From positions 1 through 33,681 of the forward strand of contig JAGTQC010000010.1 in the NCBI GenBank assembly GCA_018396535.1: 33,681 bases of DNA. Direction: 5' to 3'. Each line of letters starts with the position of its first letter. Position 1 is the stretch's first letter. Origin of the DNA: Candidatus Bathyarchaeota archaeon. GTDB taxonomy: Archaea; Thermoproteota; CALKCG01; B24; DRYS01. The position numbers were made by a program, and so were the translations under genes. The notes below the pieces were generated by a model, which saw only the letters and a list, made by a program, of their open reading frames with translations, had not been told where the DNA came from and searched no databases. Shown here piece after piece: positions 8,777 to 17,574 of this stretch.

Positions 8777-9397
8777 TCAGCGGAGGCTACGCCTATGAAT
8801 AGGGCCTCTAGGATACCCCTCCTCGAATATTTCAGCACTAAACCTGTATATCCTCGTATTCCTCAGTAGCCATGCATCAGGTGGAAGACCGGCTTTAAGA
8901 CAACAGTAGGATAGAAATTCTTCTTGATCCCAGCCTTGCTCGACTGCTACCTGAGGTAGGAGTAATCCTGAGTATATACCTCTCTGAACTATCAACCCAT
9001 CTCTACCTATCTCTATTTTAGAAGGGAGGAGGCGTGGATCCTCGACCCTAACCTCTTCTGGTGGTGTAAGAATGCTAACTTCGACTACTATATAATCCAT
9101 CTCATCTATGTCTACCGGTGGGAATCTAGGATCCCCTACCGCAGATTCTATAGCAGCCTTTATAGTAGCTTCTACTAGAGGATGTGTAGGATATGGGAAG
9201 CCTATGCATCCCCTAAGCTCTTTAACATTCTCTATAAGCTTATTCAGTGTTACGAATACACCTGATTTAGCGTAGAGACGGCTGGGAGTATCGGGTGGAG
9301 GATCGATAACTACACCTTTAGATAGGTATTCCTCGATAGCTCTTCGAGCTAGTTTAACTATGAAAGAGCCTTCTTCATCTGTATAGCTGTATAACAC
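8777..9397 (-). CDS. AMMECR1 (AmmeMemoRadiSam protein A / TIGR00296) family protein
   Basis: GVFVTL, LRGCIG, DPRFPPV, EVSILT, GLLLPQVA, CLKAGL. Confidence 0.92.
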   Translation of the reverse strand: MLYSYTDEEGSFIVKLARRAIEEYLSKGVVIDPPPDTPSRLYAKSGVFVTLNKLIENVKELRGCIGFPYPTHPLVEATIKAAIESAVGDPRFPPVDIDEMDYIVVEVSILTPPEEVRVEDPRLLPSKIEIGRDGLIVQRGIYSGLLLPQVAVEQGWDQEEFLSYCCLKAGLPPDAWLLRNTRIYRFSAEIFEEGYPRGPIHRRSLR

Positions 9398-9499
9398 GAT
9401 AGTAAATTGTGGAATCTCTATTTAAAAATCTAGCTACACATCTAGTATAAATCTATAAGTGTATGGTGTTCGAGAAGCAAGATTAACGGTGAATAGGAT

Positions 9500-10852
9500 A
9501 TGTCTACGGTAGATCTGAAGGTGGTGGGTGGCAGAGTCTATAGGAGGGGGAGACTTACACGTATCGATATAGCTATCGATGAAGGTAGGATAGTTAAACT
9601 CGGTAGAGGATCTTCCATGCCTAATAGTGATAAGGTAGTGGATGCTAGTGGATGCATAGTCCTACCAGGAGTTATAGATGTACACGTACATCTGAGAGAT
9701 GAAAACCTATCGTATAAAGAGACGTTCGAAACTGGTACGCTATCCGCAGCTCTAGGAGGGGTTACGACGATACTAGATATGCCTAATAACGATCCACCGA
9801 CTATAGGTAGGGTAGCTTCTACGAGGAGGATAGATAGAGCTAGGGGTAGGATATACGTTAACGTAGGATTCTACTCGTTTATACCAGAGGATCTAAAAGA
9901 GTTGGAGAATACTATCGAGCTAGGTATCTCAGGATTCAAGATTTTCCTAACAGATGGCTATGGGTTGAATCCATGGAATGAATCTATGATGCTAGAAGCT
10001 ATGGAGATTATAGGAAATAGATCATCTATACTATGCGTACACTGTGAGGATGGTAGAATGATAAGAGAGGGTATGTCGAAAACCGCTATAAAGGATTTAA
10101 GAGATTACGAGAAGATTAGGGGTAAGGATGTAGAGTTATCAGCAGTCTCATACATACTTAGACTAGCTAGTAAATTAAAGACGGGGACGAGTATACATCT
10201 ATGCCATATAACATGTAGCGAAGCTGTAGAGATGGTATCAGAAGCTAAGGCTAGAGGATTGAATATCTCATGCGAAGTTACACCCCACCATATATTATTG
10301 GATAGTAGCTATATGGATAGATTCGGTGGGCTTGCCTTCACCCTACCATTACTTAGGAGTAGATCTGATGTATCTAGACTATTCGATTATACAGCAGCAG
10401 GTTTTGTAGATATTATAGCATCTGATCATGCTCCACATAGTATTAACGAGAAGATGGATCCGGATCCATCTAGAGTTAAACCTGGTTTCCCATGTCTAGA
10501 GATAATGCTACCAGTAATATTTACAGAAGTGGTTAACGGTAGGGTTAGTCTAGATATAGCTGTGAAAACTCTATGCGAAAATCCTGCTAGAATATTTAGA
10601 ATAGATAGGAGGGGTTATATAGAGGAAGGGTTTTACGCAGATCTAGTCGTATTAGATCCTAGAATAGAGTTTACAGTTAACCCAGATCTATTCGCTTCTA
10701 AAGCTAAGTATAGCCCGTTCTATGGAAGAAGGCTTAAAGGAAAACCTACTACAACCATTATCGGAGGTGTAGCAGTAGTCGAGGATGGGGAGTTAGCTAT
10801 CGATAAGCCTATAGGTAAAATCTTAACTAGAGTTGATGGGGTTATAGTATAG
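9500..10852 (+). CDS. pyrC: Dihydroorotase/allantoinase-type cyclic amidohydrolase
   Basis: PGVIDVHVHLR, GGVTTILDMPN, GFKIF, VHCE, HLCHIT, CEVTPHH, ASDHAPH, SKAKYSPF. GGTGA SD upstream. Confidence 0.8.
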   Translation: MSTVDLKVVGGRVYRRGRLTRIDIAIDEGRIVKLGRGSSMPNSDKVVDASGCIVLPGVIDVHVHLRDENLSYKETFETGTLSAALGGVTTILDMPNNDPPTIGRVASTRRIDRARGRIYVNVGFYSFIPEDLKELENTIELGISGFKIFLTDGYGLNPWNESMMLEAMEIIGNRSSILCVHCEDGRMIREGMSKTAIKDLRDYEKIRGKDVELSAVSYILRLASKLKTGTSIHLCHITCSEAVEMVSEAKARGLNISCEVTPHHILLDSSYMDRFGGLAFTLPLLRSRSDVSRLFDYTAAGFVDIIASDHAPHSINEKMDPDPSRVKPGFPCLEIMLPVIFTEVVNGRVSLDIAVKTLCENPARIFRIDRRGYIEEGFYADLVVLDPRIEFTVNPDLFASKAKYSPFYGRRLKGKPTTTIIGGVAVVEDGELAIDKPIGKILTRVDGVIV

Positions 10853-10855
10853 GAT

Positions 10856-11434
10856 ATGAATAAGTATAGGTATAGATTCCTAGCAGATGCTATGCTTGGT
10901 AGGACAGCTAGATGGCTTAGAATACTTGGATACGATACAATCTACACAGATAAGTTAACGGATGATGAATTGATATCTACATGCTTATCGGAATCTAGGA
11001 TACTGCTAACATCTGATGAACAGTTATACTATAGAGCTACTAGAAGTGGTGTAGAAACTATTCTAGTTAGAGGTAGAAGCGAAGCTGAGAAGATAGCTTG
11101 GATAGCGTTCAATCTAGGTTTTAAACCTCAAATAAACCCTGATTTATCCCTATGCCCGGTATGTAATTCTAGAGTAAGGAAGATAGATGTAGATGAAGCT
11201 AGGATTAGAGGGGTTCCTAAGAAGGTTCTAGAATGGAATAGGGATTACTGGATTTGCCATGGATGTGGGAAAGTATATTGGATTGGATCACACTATAGGA
11301 GGATGAAGCTATTCTTAGAGAAGGTTTCCAGTATATTAGAGGGGCTTTATTCTAGCTCTAAGCAGTTTTCACATAACAACATGCCATCCTTCTCTCTCAG
11401 TAGATCAGACCATTCACCACATAGTTCACAATAG
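10856..11434 (+). CDS. Mut7-C RNase (PIN-like) domain protein with Zn ribbon
   Basis: RFLADAMLGRTARWLRILGYDT, RILLTSD, CPVCN, CHGCGKVYWIGSH. Confidence 0.9.
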   Translation: MNKYRYRFLADAMLGRTARWLRILGYDTIYTDKLTDDELISTCLSESRILLTSDEQLYYRATRSGVETILVRGRSEAEKIAWIAFNLGFKPQINPDLSLCPVCNSRVRKIDVDEARIRGVPKKVLEWNRDYWICHGCGKVYWIGSHYRRMKLFLEKVSSILEGLYSSSKQFSHNNMPSFSLSRSDHSPHSSQ

Positions 11435-11904
11435 CCTACCATACCACCCTCTGTAGACGTAGACTTCGCAGGTATCCCTGTTATACGCTCCTTCTCCATT
11501 AGAATCTCTATAAGTTCAGGTGTTACAGTCACTATATCCTTCGATGATATTATACCTACGAGCTTACCTTTATACATGACTCCAAGCCTTTTAACATGGT
11601 GATTCCTCATAACCTTAGCTGCAGTAGTAAGATCTGCATCCTGATCTATAGTTATAAGAGGTTTACTCATAATCTCCCCAACCTTCACACGTCTAGGCTT
11701 AAGATTCTTAGCTACAACCCTCTTAATGATATCCATATCCGTCACCATACCTATGGGGTTACCATCCTCATCCACGACTATGAGACTACCTATATCATAC
11801 TTATCCATAAGCTTAGAGGCTTTAAGAATAGATGAATTCTCCTCGACAGTTACGACAGGGCTACTCATAACATGTTTAACTTTGACAGAGATCTTCTCAC
11901 TCAT
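11347..11904 (-). CDS. CBS-pair protein with C-terminal CxxC...CxxC zinc ribbon
   Basis: Two CBS repeats (VKHVMSSPVVTV; VGEIMSKPLITI), then GYCELCG...LLCENC. Overlaps the NFACT stop codon (ATGAGTGA). Confidence 0.88.
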   Translation of the reverse strand: MSEKISVKVKHVMSSPVVTVEENSSILKASKLMDKYDIGSLIVVDEDGNPIGMVTDMDIIKRVVAKNLKPRRVKVGEIMSKPLITIDQDADLTTAAKVMRNHHVKRLGVMYKGKLVGIISSKDIVTVTPELIEILMEKERITGIPAKSTSTEGGMVGYCELCGEWSDLLREKDGMLLCENCLELE

Positions 11905-13882
11905 CTATTATCCTACCTCCCCCAGCTGGAAGTTTAAGATGGAGATCGTCAAAGATATTGGTAGGCAATCCCTTCTCAAATACTTTTCTAGCTTTATCTA
12001 TAAGCCTAGCTTTAATCAGCTCCACAAGTTTATCCTTAGCTATCATACCCGGAGCTACCCGTACATATACGCTAGTCTTAGCTTTAACCGCAGATACAGG
12101 AGCTACTATAATCTCGAATCCAGTCTCAGATAGAGCTAAACCTACAGCGAGTTCTAGAGACACGGATCTAACATAGTTTTTAGAACCTATTATCCTGAAT
12201 GCCCCCCTCGGTATATAGTGACCGGGTGGGGGAGATTTAGATAATTGTGATGGGGAGACATAGAATACATCTAGAGATGAGAAGCCATCCCTCCAAGCTT
12301 GACTATACGATGCAGCGAATATAGCAGCCTCCATGATCGTAACCTCAGATGGAATCCTACCCTCAGTCTTAACTACGACAAACGGAGCCCCATGCACATC
12401 CGCATGGAAGACCATATCCTCTGGACTAGTATACTTTTTTATAAGTATTTCATTAGTCGATGCATCTCTACCAGCTAAAACTAGGAAGCCCTCTGAGGAT
12501 ATGAAGAAATTAAATTTCTCATACCACTTTCTCCTAACCTTAACCTTCTGGATTAACGGATACTCTATAATCTTAGACTCTAACTCTAGTAGGTTTCTCC
12601 TAAGCTCCTCAAGCTTGAATCTCAGAGCTTCAACTTCGCTACACTTACGCTTATACATAGAATAGTATCGGGAGATGGATCCATATATATCCTCTATGAA
12701 GCTCAGCTTTACATCATATCCATTAAACTTTACCGTGAATATTCCTGATCGAAAATCTATATCTAGAAGCTTTAAGTTAAGATTACGAGCTAGATTAGAA
12801 GCTTCTCTAAATATCTCCCCATCATCTATACCTAGCCTCTTAGATTCAAGTATAAGTGATGCTATCATACCTAACCTATCCATATACATCGATAGAGTAT
12901 CGGCTATACGTTTATAATCTAAAGCCTCAGATTCAAGCTTAGATATCCTAGCTTCGATCCTACTTATACTTTTAGCTATCTCAGTAGCCTGTTTCCTACG
13001 AGCTACGGCAACCCTATCATACCCCTCAGATAGCATCAGTCTATGGAAGTAGTTATCGAGAGCAGAATTGAATGATGGGTATTCCTCATATCGTAGATTA
13101 TAGATGCTAAGCTTGAATGGGGAGAAGTCTACAGGTACACCTTCATCTGAAAGGTATACATAGCTTCTAAAAGGAGGGCCTTCTATCGATGATACCATAT
13201 CTTTAAGAGTCTCTACGATAGCTAACGGTATAGATTTAGGTATATCTCTAAGTATAGCATCCTTATTCAAACCCATTCTAGCTAATATCTCATCTAAGTA
13301 TGGTGATGGGATACCGAGAGCTAGAGTCATCCATCTAGCTATAGATGTATCATCAGATGGAAACTTCTCTACTATACTATCTAATGGATCTGAGAATGGA
13401 TCTAAACCTACGGCTGGTGGAAGCTTAAACTCAACACCTGGAGCTACAACTCTATCTCTCATACGCTTACTATGTAGAGTAGAGATTATCCTCCCGTAAG
13501 GATCTACTAAGATTAGATTACCTTCACGGAAAAGCTCTACATACAATTTATAATCTCCTTTACGCGTCGCTATGGAGAAAACTACTATCCTCTCAAACCT
13601 ATGTTGACTTATATCCTTAATCCTACCACCGACTATATGCTTCCTTAAGGTTATGCATTTATTCGGCGGTATCCTAGGTTTCTCGTAGTCAAACTCTGTT
13701 AGATGGATCCTTCTAGGCGGATCGACTAATATATCATACCTACCACCAGCTACTCTAACCCTTATAAGTATAAGGCTACCCTCAATTATGTATATGTTAT
13801 CGATGAAGCCCTCCCTTAGAAGTTTAGATAGCTCCCTAACGGTAAACATTATATCTAGACTATTCATAGAGGATCTAGCCAA
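11897..13882 (-). CDS. rqcH: Rqc2/RqcH (NEMF, NFACT family) ribosome quality-control factor
   Basis: MNSLDI, LRKHIVGG, FERIV, ELFREGNLIL, coiled coils, WYEKFNFFISSEGFLVLAGRDASTNE, FHADVHGAP. TTG start with AGGAGG upstream; alternative ATG at 13867. Confidence 0.9.
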   Translation of the reverse strand: MARSSMNSLDIMFTVRELSKLLREGFIDNIYIIEGSLILIRVRVAGGRYDILVDPPRRIHLTEFDYEKPRIPPNKCITLRKHIVGGRIKDISQHRFERIVVFSIATRKGDYKLYVELFREGNLILVDPYGRIISTLHSKRMRDRVVAPGVEFKLPPAVGLDPFSDPLDSIVEKFPSDDTSIARWMTLALGIPSPYLDEILARMGLNKDAILRDIPKSIPLAIVETLKDMVSSIEGPPFRSYVYLSDEGVPVDFSPFKLSIYNLRYEEYPSFNSALDNYFHRLMLSEGYDRVAVARRKQATEIAKSISRIEARISKLESEALDYKRIADTLSMYMDRLGMIASLILESKRLGIDDGEIFREASNLARNLNLKLLDIDFRSGIFTVKFNGYDVKLSFIEDIYGSISRYYSMYKRKCSEVEALRFKLEELRRNLLELESKIIEYPLIQKVKVRRKWYEKFNFFISSEGFLVLAGRDASTNEILIKKYTSPEDMVFHADVHGAPFVVVKTEGRIPSEVTIMEAAIFAASYSQAWRDGFSSLDVFYVSPSQLSKSPPPGHYIPRGAFRIIGSKNYVRSVSLELAVGLALSETGFEIIVAPVSAVKAKTSVYVRVAPGMIAKDKLVELIKARLIDKARKVFEKGLPTNIFDDLHLKLPAGGGRIIDE

Positions 13883-14201
13883 TGCTAAGCGTCCTCCTAT
13901 ACTTAGATCTAGATTAAGCTTAACATATATCTACTGGATTAAGGTAGCTATAGGGCTAATACTAGGATTCATAGTAGCTTCTACAAGGATACCTCTACTA
14001 CTAGGTCTATCCATAGCTATATTCATATATATAGCTCTACACTACGTATTGAAGTGGCGGATAGGAGAGGATAGATTAGAGGATATGGGTGGAGAGAGGA
14101 AGCTCGTTATGGAGGGTATAGGATCGTTCTTCCTAGCATACATATTTGCATCGATCCTATTCTATACGCTACTATACCCTACACAGATACTATACTATTA
14201 G
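13788..14201 (+). CDS. Small 3-TM membrane protein, EMC6/Rab5ip-like; true start uncertain
   Basis: YIYWIKVAIGLILG, GLSIAIFIY, KLVMEGIGSFFLAYIFASILFYTL resemble the EMC6/Rab5ip family. All in-frame ATGs upstream of the first TM helix lie inside the oppositely oriented rqcH start. Confidence 0.55.
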   Translation: MYMLSMKPSLRSLDSSLTVNIISRLFIEDLANAKRPPILRSRLSLTYIYWIKVAIGLILGFIVASTRIPLLLGLSIAIFIYIALHYVLKWRIGEDRLEDMGGERKLVMEGIGSFFLAYIFASILFYTLLYPTQILYY

Positions 14202-14536
14202 CGGCTGCTCGATAAAACCTTCATGAAATCTATTATACACGTGAAGAAGCCTTCTTGAAATTCATCACTGAGAAGACGGGGTCTTTCAAGGAAGATTCTC
14301 TTAATATTCTCTATCTCCCGCTCTATACTTGCACGATCCATAGTGTAGACCATCTTCACATATAGATTTGGAGAATCCTTCTTTAAACTCAAGATTATAC
14401 CTTCTATAGCTTTAAGATAACCCTTCTCCCTATCCGATGATACTTCAGATTTCAGTCTAGGTAGTATAGCTTCGAGAGTCTTTAAATCACCTTTAACTAT
14501 GAGCTCTAGTAGATCTCTAAAACGAGAATCCTCCAT
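14198..14536 (-). CDS. Hypothetical helical protein downstream of radA
   Basis: 112-aa ORF with genome-typical codon usage and GGTGG upstream. Contains two similar segments, EKGYLKAIEG and QEGFFTCIID. Confidence 0.75.
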   Translation of the reverse strand: MEDSRFRDLLELIVKGDLKTLEAILPRLKSEVSSDREKGYLKAIEGIILSLKKDSPNLYVKMVYTMDRASIEREIENIKRIFLERPRLLSDEFQEGFFTCIIDFMKVLSSSR

Positions 14537-14577
14537 AGATAAGCCACCAGCCTTAATCTAGCTACTCTATATGGAAG

Positions 14578-15588
14578 CTACCTCCTCCCCTTCTTATACT
14601 CCTCTTCTTCTACATCCTCAACGCCATTCTCAGTTATCTTAAATACTCTCTCACCCTCTGGTAGATATGGGCTTGAAACGAGTCTAGCTATCCTCACAGG
14701 AGACGATGCTGATGGTCTACGTAGAAAGATACGTGTATGACTCGTATGTGCTACTATATGCCCTCCTACAGCCTCTACCGATGGACCTATAAACGAATCA
14801 GGTCTAGCCATAACCTGATTGGTAACTACTACGGCGAGGTTGAAAGCCCTAGCTAGTTTGAATAGTTTAAACATATGTCTAGCCAGCTTCTGCTGCCTCT
14901 CCACCAACATCTCTCTACCTAGATATTCGCTTCTAAAGTGAGCGGTTAGAGAATCTACGACTAGGAGTCTTACACCATGTTTCTTTATAATTTCATCACA
15001 CTTCTCTACAAGGAGTATCTGATGATCTGAGCTTAAAGCCTCAGCATATATAATCCTCTTAAGGACGGAATCAGGGTTTAACCCTCTGAACCTACTCATC
15101 TGTATTATACGCTCTATACTAAAGGTATGCTCTGTATCTATGTACATAGCTGCTCCATCCAGTCCACCCTCATCTTCTGGAAGCTGAACATTTACGCAAA
15201 GCTGATGACATATCTGGGATTTACCTGTACCGTATTCTCCATAGAATTCTGTTATAGTTTGAGTCTCTATACCACCGTTAAGGAGTTCATCTAAAGCTCT
15301 ACTACCTGTAGTAATCTTCTTAACCTTACTTCTCTCCTTTAAAAGCTCATCAGACGTGATGAATTCTATAGATATGGATTCCCTAGCAGCTTCTATAATC
15401 TTAGCAGCCTGCTTCTCACCTATACCTGCTGGTAATAGATCCTTAACAGATGCTGTAGCTAACGATTCAACTGTATGAAATCCTAGGCTCCTAAGCTTAG
15501 CAGCTATAGCTGGACCTACACCTGGTAGATCCTCTAACGTTTCGTATCTCCTTTTCTCTCCTCCCCTCTCCTCTTCCTCTAGAGCCAT
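14578..15588 (-). CDS. radA: DNA repair and recombination protein RadA
   Basis: HhH LPGVGP, Walker A GEYGTGKSQ, YIDTEHTF, Walker B LLVVDSLTAHFRSEY.GR, VTNQV, GGHIVAH. No intein. Confidence 0.97.
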   Translation of the reverse strand: MALEEEERGGEKRRYETLEDLPGVGPAIAAKLRSLGFHTVESLATASVKDLLPAGIGEKQAAKIIEAARESISIEFITSDELLKERSKVKKITTGSRALDELLNGGIETQTITEFYGEYGTGKSQICHQLCVNVQLPEDEGGLDGAAMYIDTEHTFSIERIIQMSRFRGLNPDSVLKRIIYAEALSSDHQILLVEKCDEIIKKHGVRLLVVDSLTAHFRSEYLGREMLVERQQKLARHMFKLFKLARAFNLAVVVTNQVMARPDSFIGPSVEAVGGHIVAHTSHTRIFLRRPSASSPVRIARLVSSPYLPEGERVFKITENGVEDVEEEEYKKGRR

Positions 15589-15703
15589 GAACCTGATCCT
15601 AGATAATTACTCTAATGAGCTGTATATAAGGCATTTTTCCTACGGTTAAGTATTAAGCTTCATGTAGCGAATGTGCATAAACACTAGATTCAGTGATTGC
15701 AGA

Positions 15704-16579
15704 ATGAGCTTATCCGGAGATATCTTAGAGAGCGTATGTAAGAGGCTATTGTTAGAAGCCGCTACCAAGCTTCCTGGAGATGTACTTAGAGGATTAGAGG
15801 AGGCTTATAGTATCGAGGATAACAAGTATGCTAGATCCCAGTTGAAGATTATACTCGAGAGTGTGAAAATAGCTAGAGATGAAGGTATACCTATATGCCA
15901 AGATACAGGCAATATACACGTATATCTTAAACTAGGTAGAGGTGTCGTAGTCCCAGCTGATATATCTCTATATATCGATAGAGCTGTAAGGAAAGCTACG
16001 AAAGAGATACCACTCAGACCTAACATGGTTCATCCACTCACAAGAGTTAACAGTATGGATAATAGCGGTAGAGGCCTACCCCTAGTCACGATGATACCGG
16101 ATCCTACAATCGATGGCTTAGAAGTCGCTATCATGCTTAAAGGTGCAGGCTCCGAGAATCTATCTAGGACGTATATGCTTAAACCTACAGAGGGGTTTGA
16201 ATCTATACGTAGAATCGTACTAGAGAGTATAGCTGAAGCTTTAGGTAGAGGATGCCCACCTTACATAATCTCGGTAGCTATAGGTGGAACGCTAGAGTAC
16301 GCTTCTATAAGAGCTAAGATAAACCTTCTAGAACCTATAGATAAACCTAGCTGTATAGAGTTAGCCGATCTAGAGAGGATACTCTTAGATGATATCAATA
16401 AGCTGGGTATCGGAGCTATGGGTCTTGGAGGTAGGGTAACCGCTATGAGGGTGAAGCTAGACTATATGTACTGTCATACAGCTAGCCTACCTGTAGCGAT
16501 ACAGATACAGTGCTGGGCTTTAAGGAAAGCTAAAGCGTATATAACATCTAGCGGGGAGATAGTATACCAGGAGCTATGA
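15704..16579 (+). CDS. Class I fumarate hydratase/L-tartrate dehydratase, alpha subunit (ORF-track start 15671; 15704 preferred)
   Basis: PICQDTG, PLRPN, KGAGSEN, GCPP, GAMGLGG, HTASLPV, QCWALR. Overlaps the beta subunit (ATGA). Confidence 0.9.
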   Translation: MSLSGDILESVCKRLLLEAATKLPGDVLRGLEEAYSIEDNKYARSQLKIILESVKIARDEGIPICQDTGNIHVYLKLGRGVVVPADISLYIDRAVRKATKEIPLRPNMVHPLTRVNSMDNSGRGLPLVTMIPDPTIDGLEVAIMLKGAGSENLSRTYMLKPTEGFESIRRIVLESIAEALGRGCPPYIISVAIGGTLEYASIRAKINLLEPIDKPSCIELADLERILLDDINKLGIGAMGLGGRVTAMRVKLDYMYCHTASLPVAIQIQCWALRKAKAYITSSGEIVYQEL

Positions 16580-17160
16580 ATATTATACATATACATACAC
16601 CTATACGTAGTGTAGACGATCTAAGAATCGGTGATCAAGTATATGTATCAGGCTTAGTAGCTATCCTTAGAGATCAAGCTCAGAAAAGATTCATCGAGTA
16701 TAAGATTAAGGGATTGACGACGCCTAACATAGAGAATCTACCAGTATTCCACTGTGGACCGATAGCCTATATGGATGGGGGGAGATGGATTATAAAATCG
16801 ATAGGCCCCACTACTAGTGCTAGAATGGAAAGAGATCTGCCAGTATTCCTCAAGTTATCTGGTGTTAGGATGGTTATAGGTAAAGGTGGGGTATCACGGA
16901 GTACAGCAAGCGATATGGTTAAAATAGGTGTTGTATACTGCGCCTACCCAGGCGGAGCATCAGCCTTCCTCGTTAAAACACTTAAGAAGGTAGTAGATGT
17001 CTACTGGCTCGACCTAGGTATACCTGAAGCTCTATGGATAGTAGAATTCGAGAATCTAGGTCCTCTAACAGTAGCTATAGATATCTATGGCGGAAACATA
17101 TATTCTCAAGTAGAGGATAACGTAGAAAGAAATCTAGATAGGATTCTGGGTGGGCGGTAG
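16576..17160 (+). CDS. Class I fumarate hydratase/tartrate dehydratase, beta subunit
   Basis: LRIGDQVYVSG, RDQAQ, FHCGP, GPTTSARM, IGKGG, LGIPEA, GPLTVAID. Confidence 0.9.
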   Translation: MNIIHIHTPIRSVDDLRIGDQVYVSGLVAILRDQAQKRFIEYKIKGLTTPNIENLPVFHCGPIAYMDGGRWIIKSIGPTTSARMERDLPVFLKLSGVRMVIGKGGVSRSTASDMVKIGVVYCAYPGGASAFLVKTLKKVVDVYWLDLGIPEALWIVEFENLGPLTVAIDIYGGNIYSQVEDNVERNLDRILGGR

Positions 17161-17476
17161 CATCCCTGAGGGTGGATGCCCTCACCGTCTAGAGGTATTA
17201 GGCTCGGTATAGGCTCCGTATCCTGTAAACACCGGTATGTCAGCCTTAGGGCCGCTCCGTTCCCGGCCTAACCCGGTTCGGCTGTAATGGAGGTAGCCTC
17301 CCTCCTTCGAGGGAAGCCCCTCCTCCACCCGGTCCTACAGGGCGGAGCTTCATCTACCTACACCTAACCCTTCTAGACGGATTGGAGCACCGCCCCTCTA
17401 GGTTAGCGGGCCCCTGCATAAGCCCGTTTCAGGTGGTAGGGGAGGGCTAGCCCCCCAGCCCTCCTACCGCCCACCC
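17148..17476 (-). ncRNA. ffs: Archaeal signal recognition particle (7S/SRP) RNA
   Basis: Perfect 13-bp terminal helix (17148-17160 with 17464-17476). Alu domain with complementary loops AGCCC/GGGCU. Helix 6 CCCUC-GAAG-GAGGG. Helix 8 GGGUUAGGCCG-GGAA-CGGAGCGGCCC. Long helix-5 complementarity (CCGUCUAGA/UCUAGACGG). Visibly GC-rich against the flanks. Confidence 0.95.
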
Positions 17477-17500
17477 GTGAGATTTTCTTAAAAGCTTCTG

Positions 17501-17508
17501 GATATAAG
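17501..17508 (-). promoter_or_regulatory. TATA box of the SRP RNA gene
   Basis: + strand gatataag reads CTTATATC on the - strand, about 25-32 nt upstream of the RNA 5' end at 17476. Confidence 0.6.
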
Positions 17509-17574
17509 AGTTAATGCATATAGAGTTTATGTTTAAATACGTGTATGTCTATGTGATAATAGTTCGGTGTCTCT

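Noticed and set aside
14578-15588. Intein in RadA (also considered for Lhr)
   Set aside because: Normal lengths, contiguous motifs and no splice-junction signatures.
17160-17184. Alternative hairpins (GCATCC/GGATGC, TGAGGG/CCCTCA) suggesting a switch or extra helix
   Set aside because: The same bases pair with the 5' strand of SRP helix 5 in the canonical fold. There is no sign of a permuted SRP gene.
17148-17476. 13-bp terminal inverted repeat suggesting a MITE/IS
   Set aside because: Fully explained as helix 1 of the SRP RNA; no transposase nearby.
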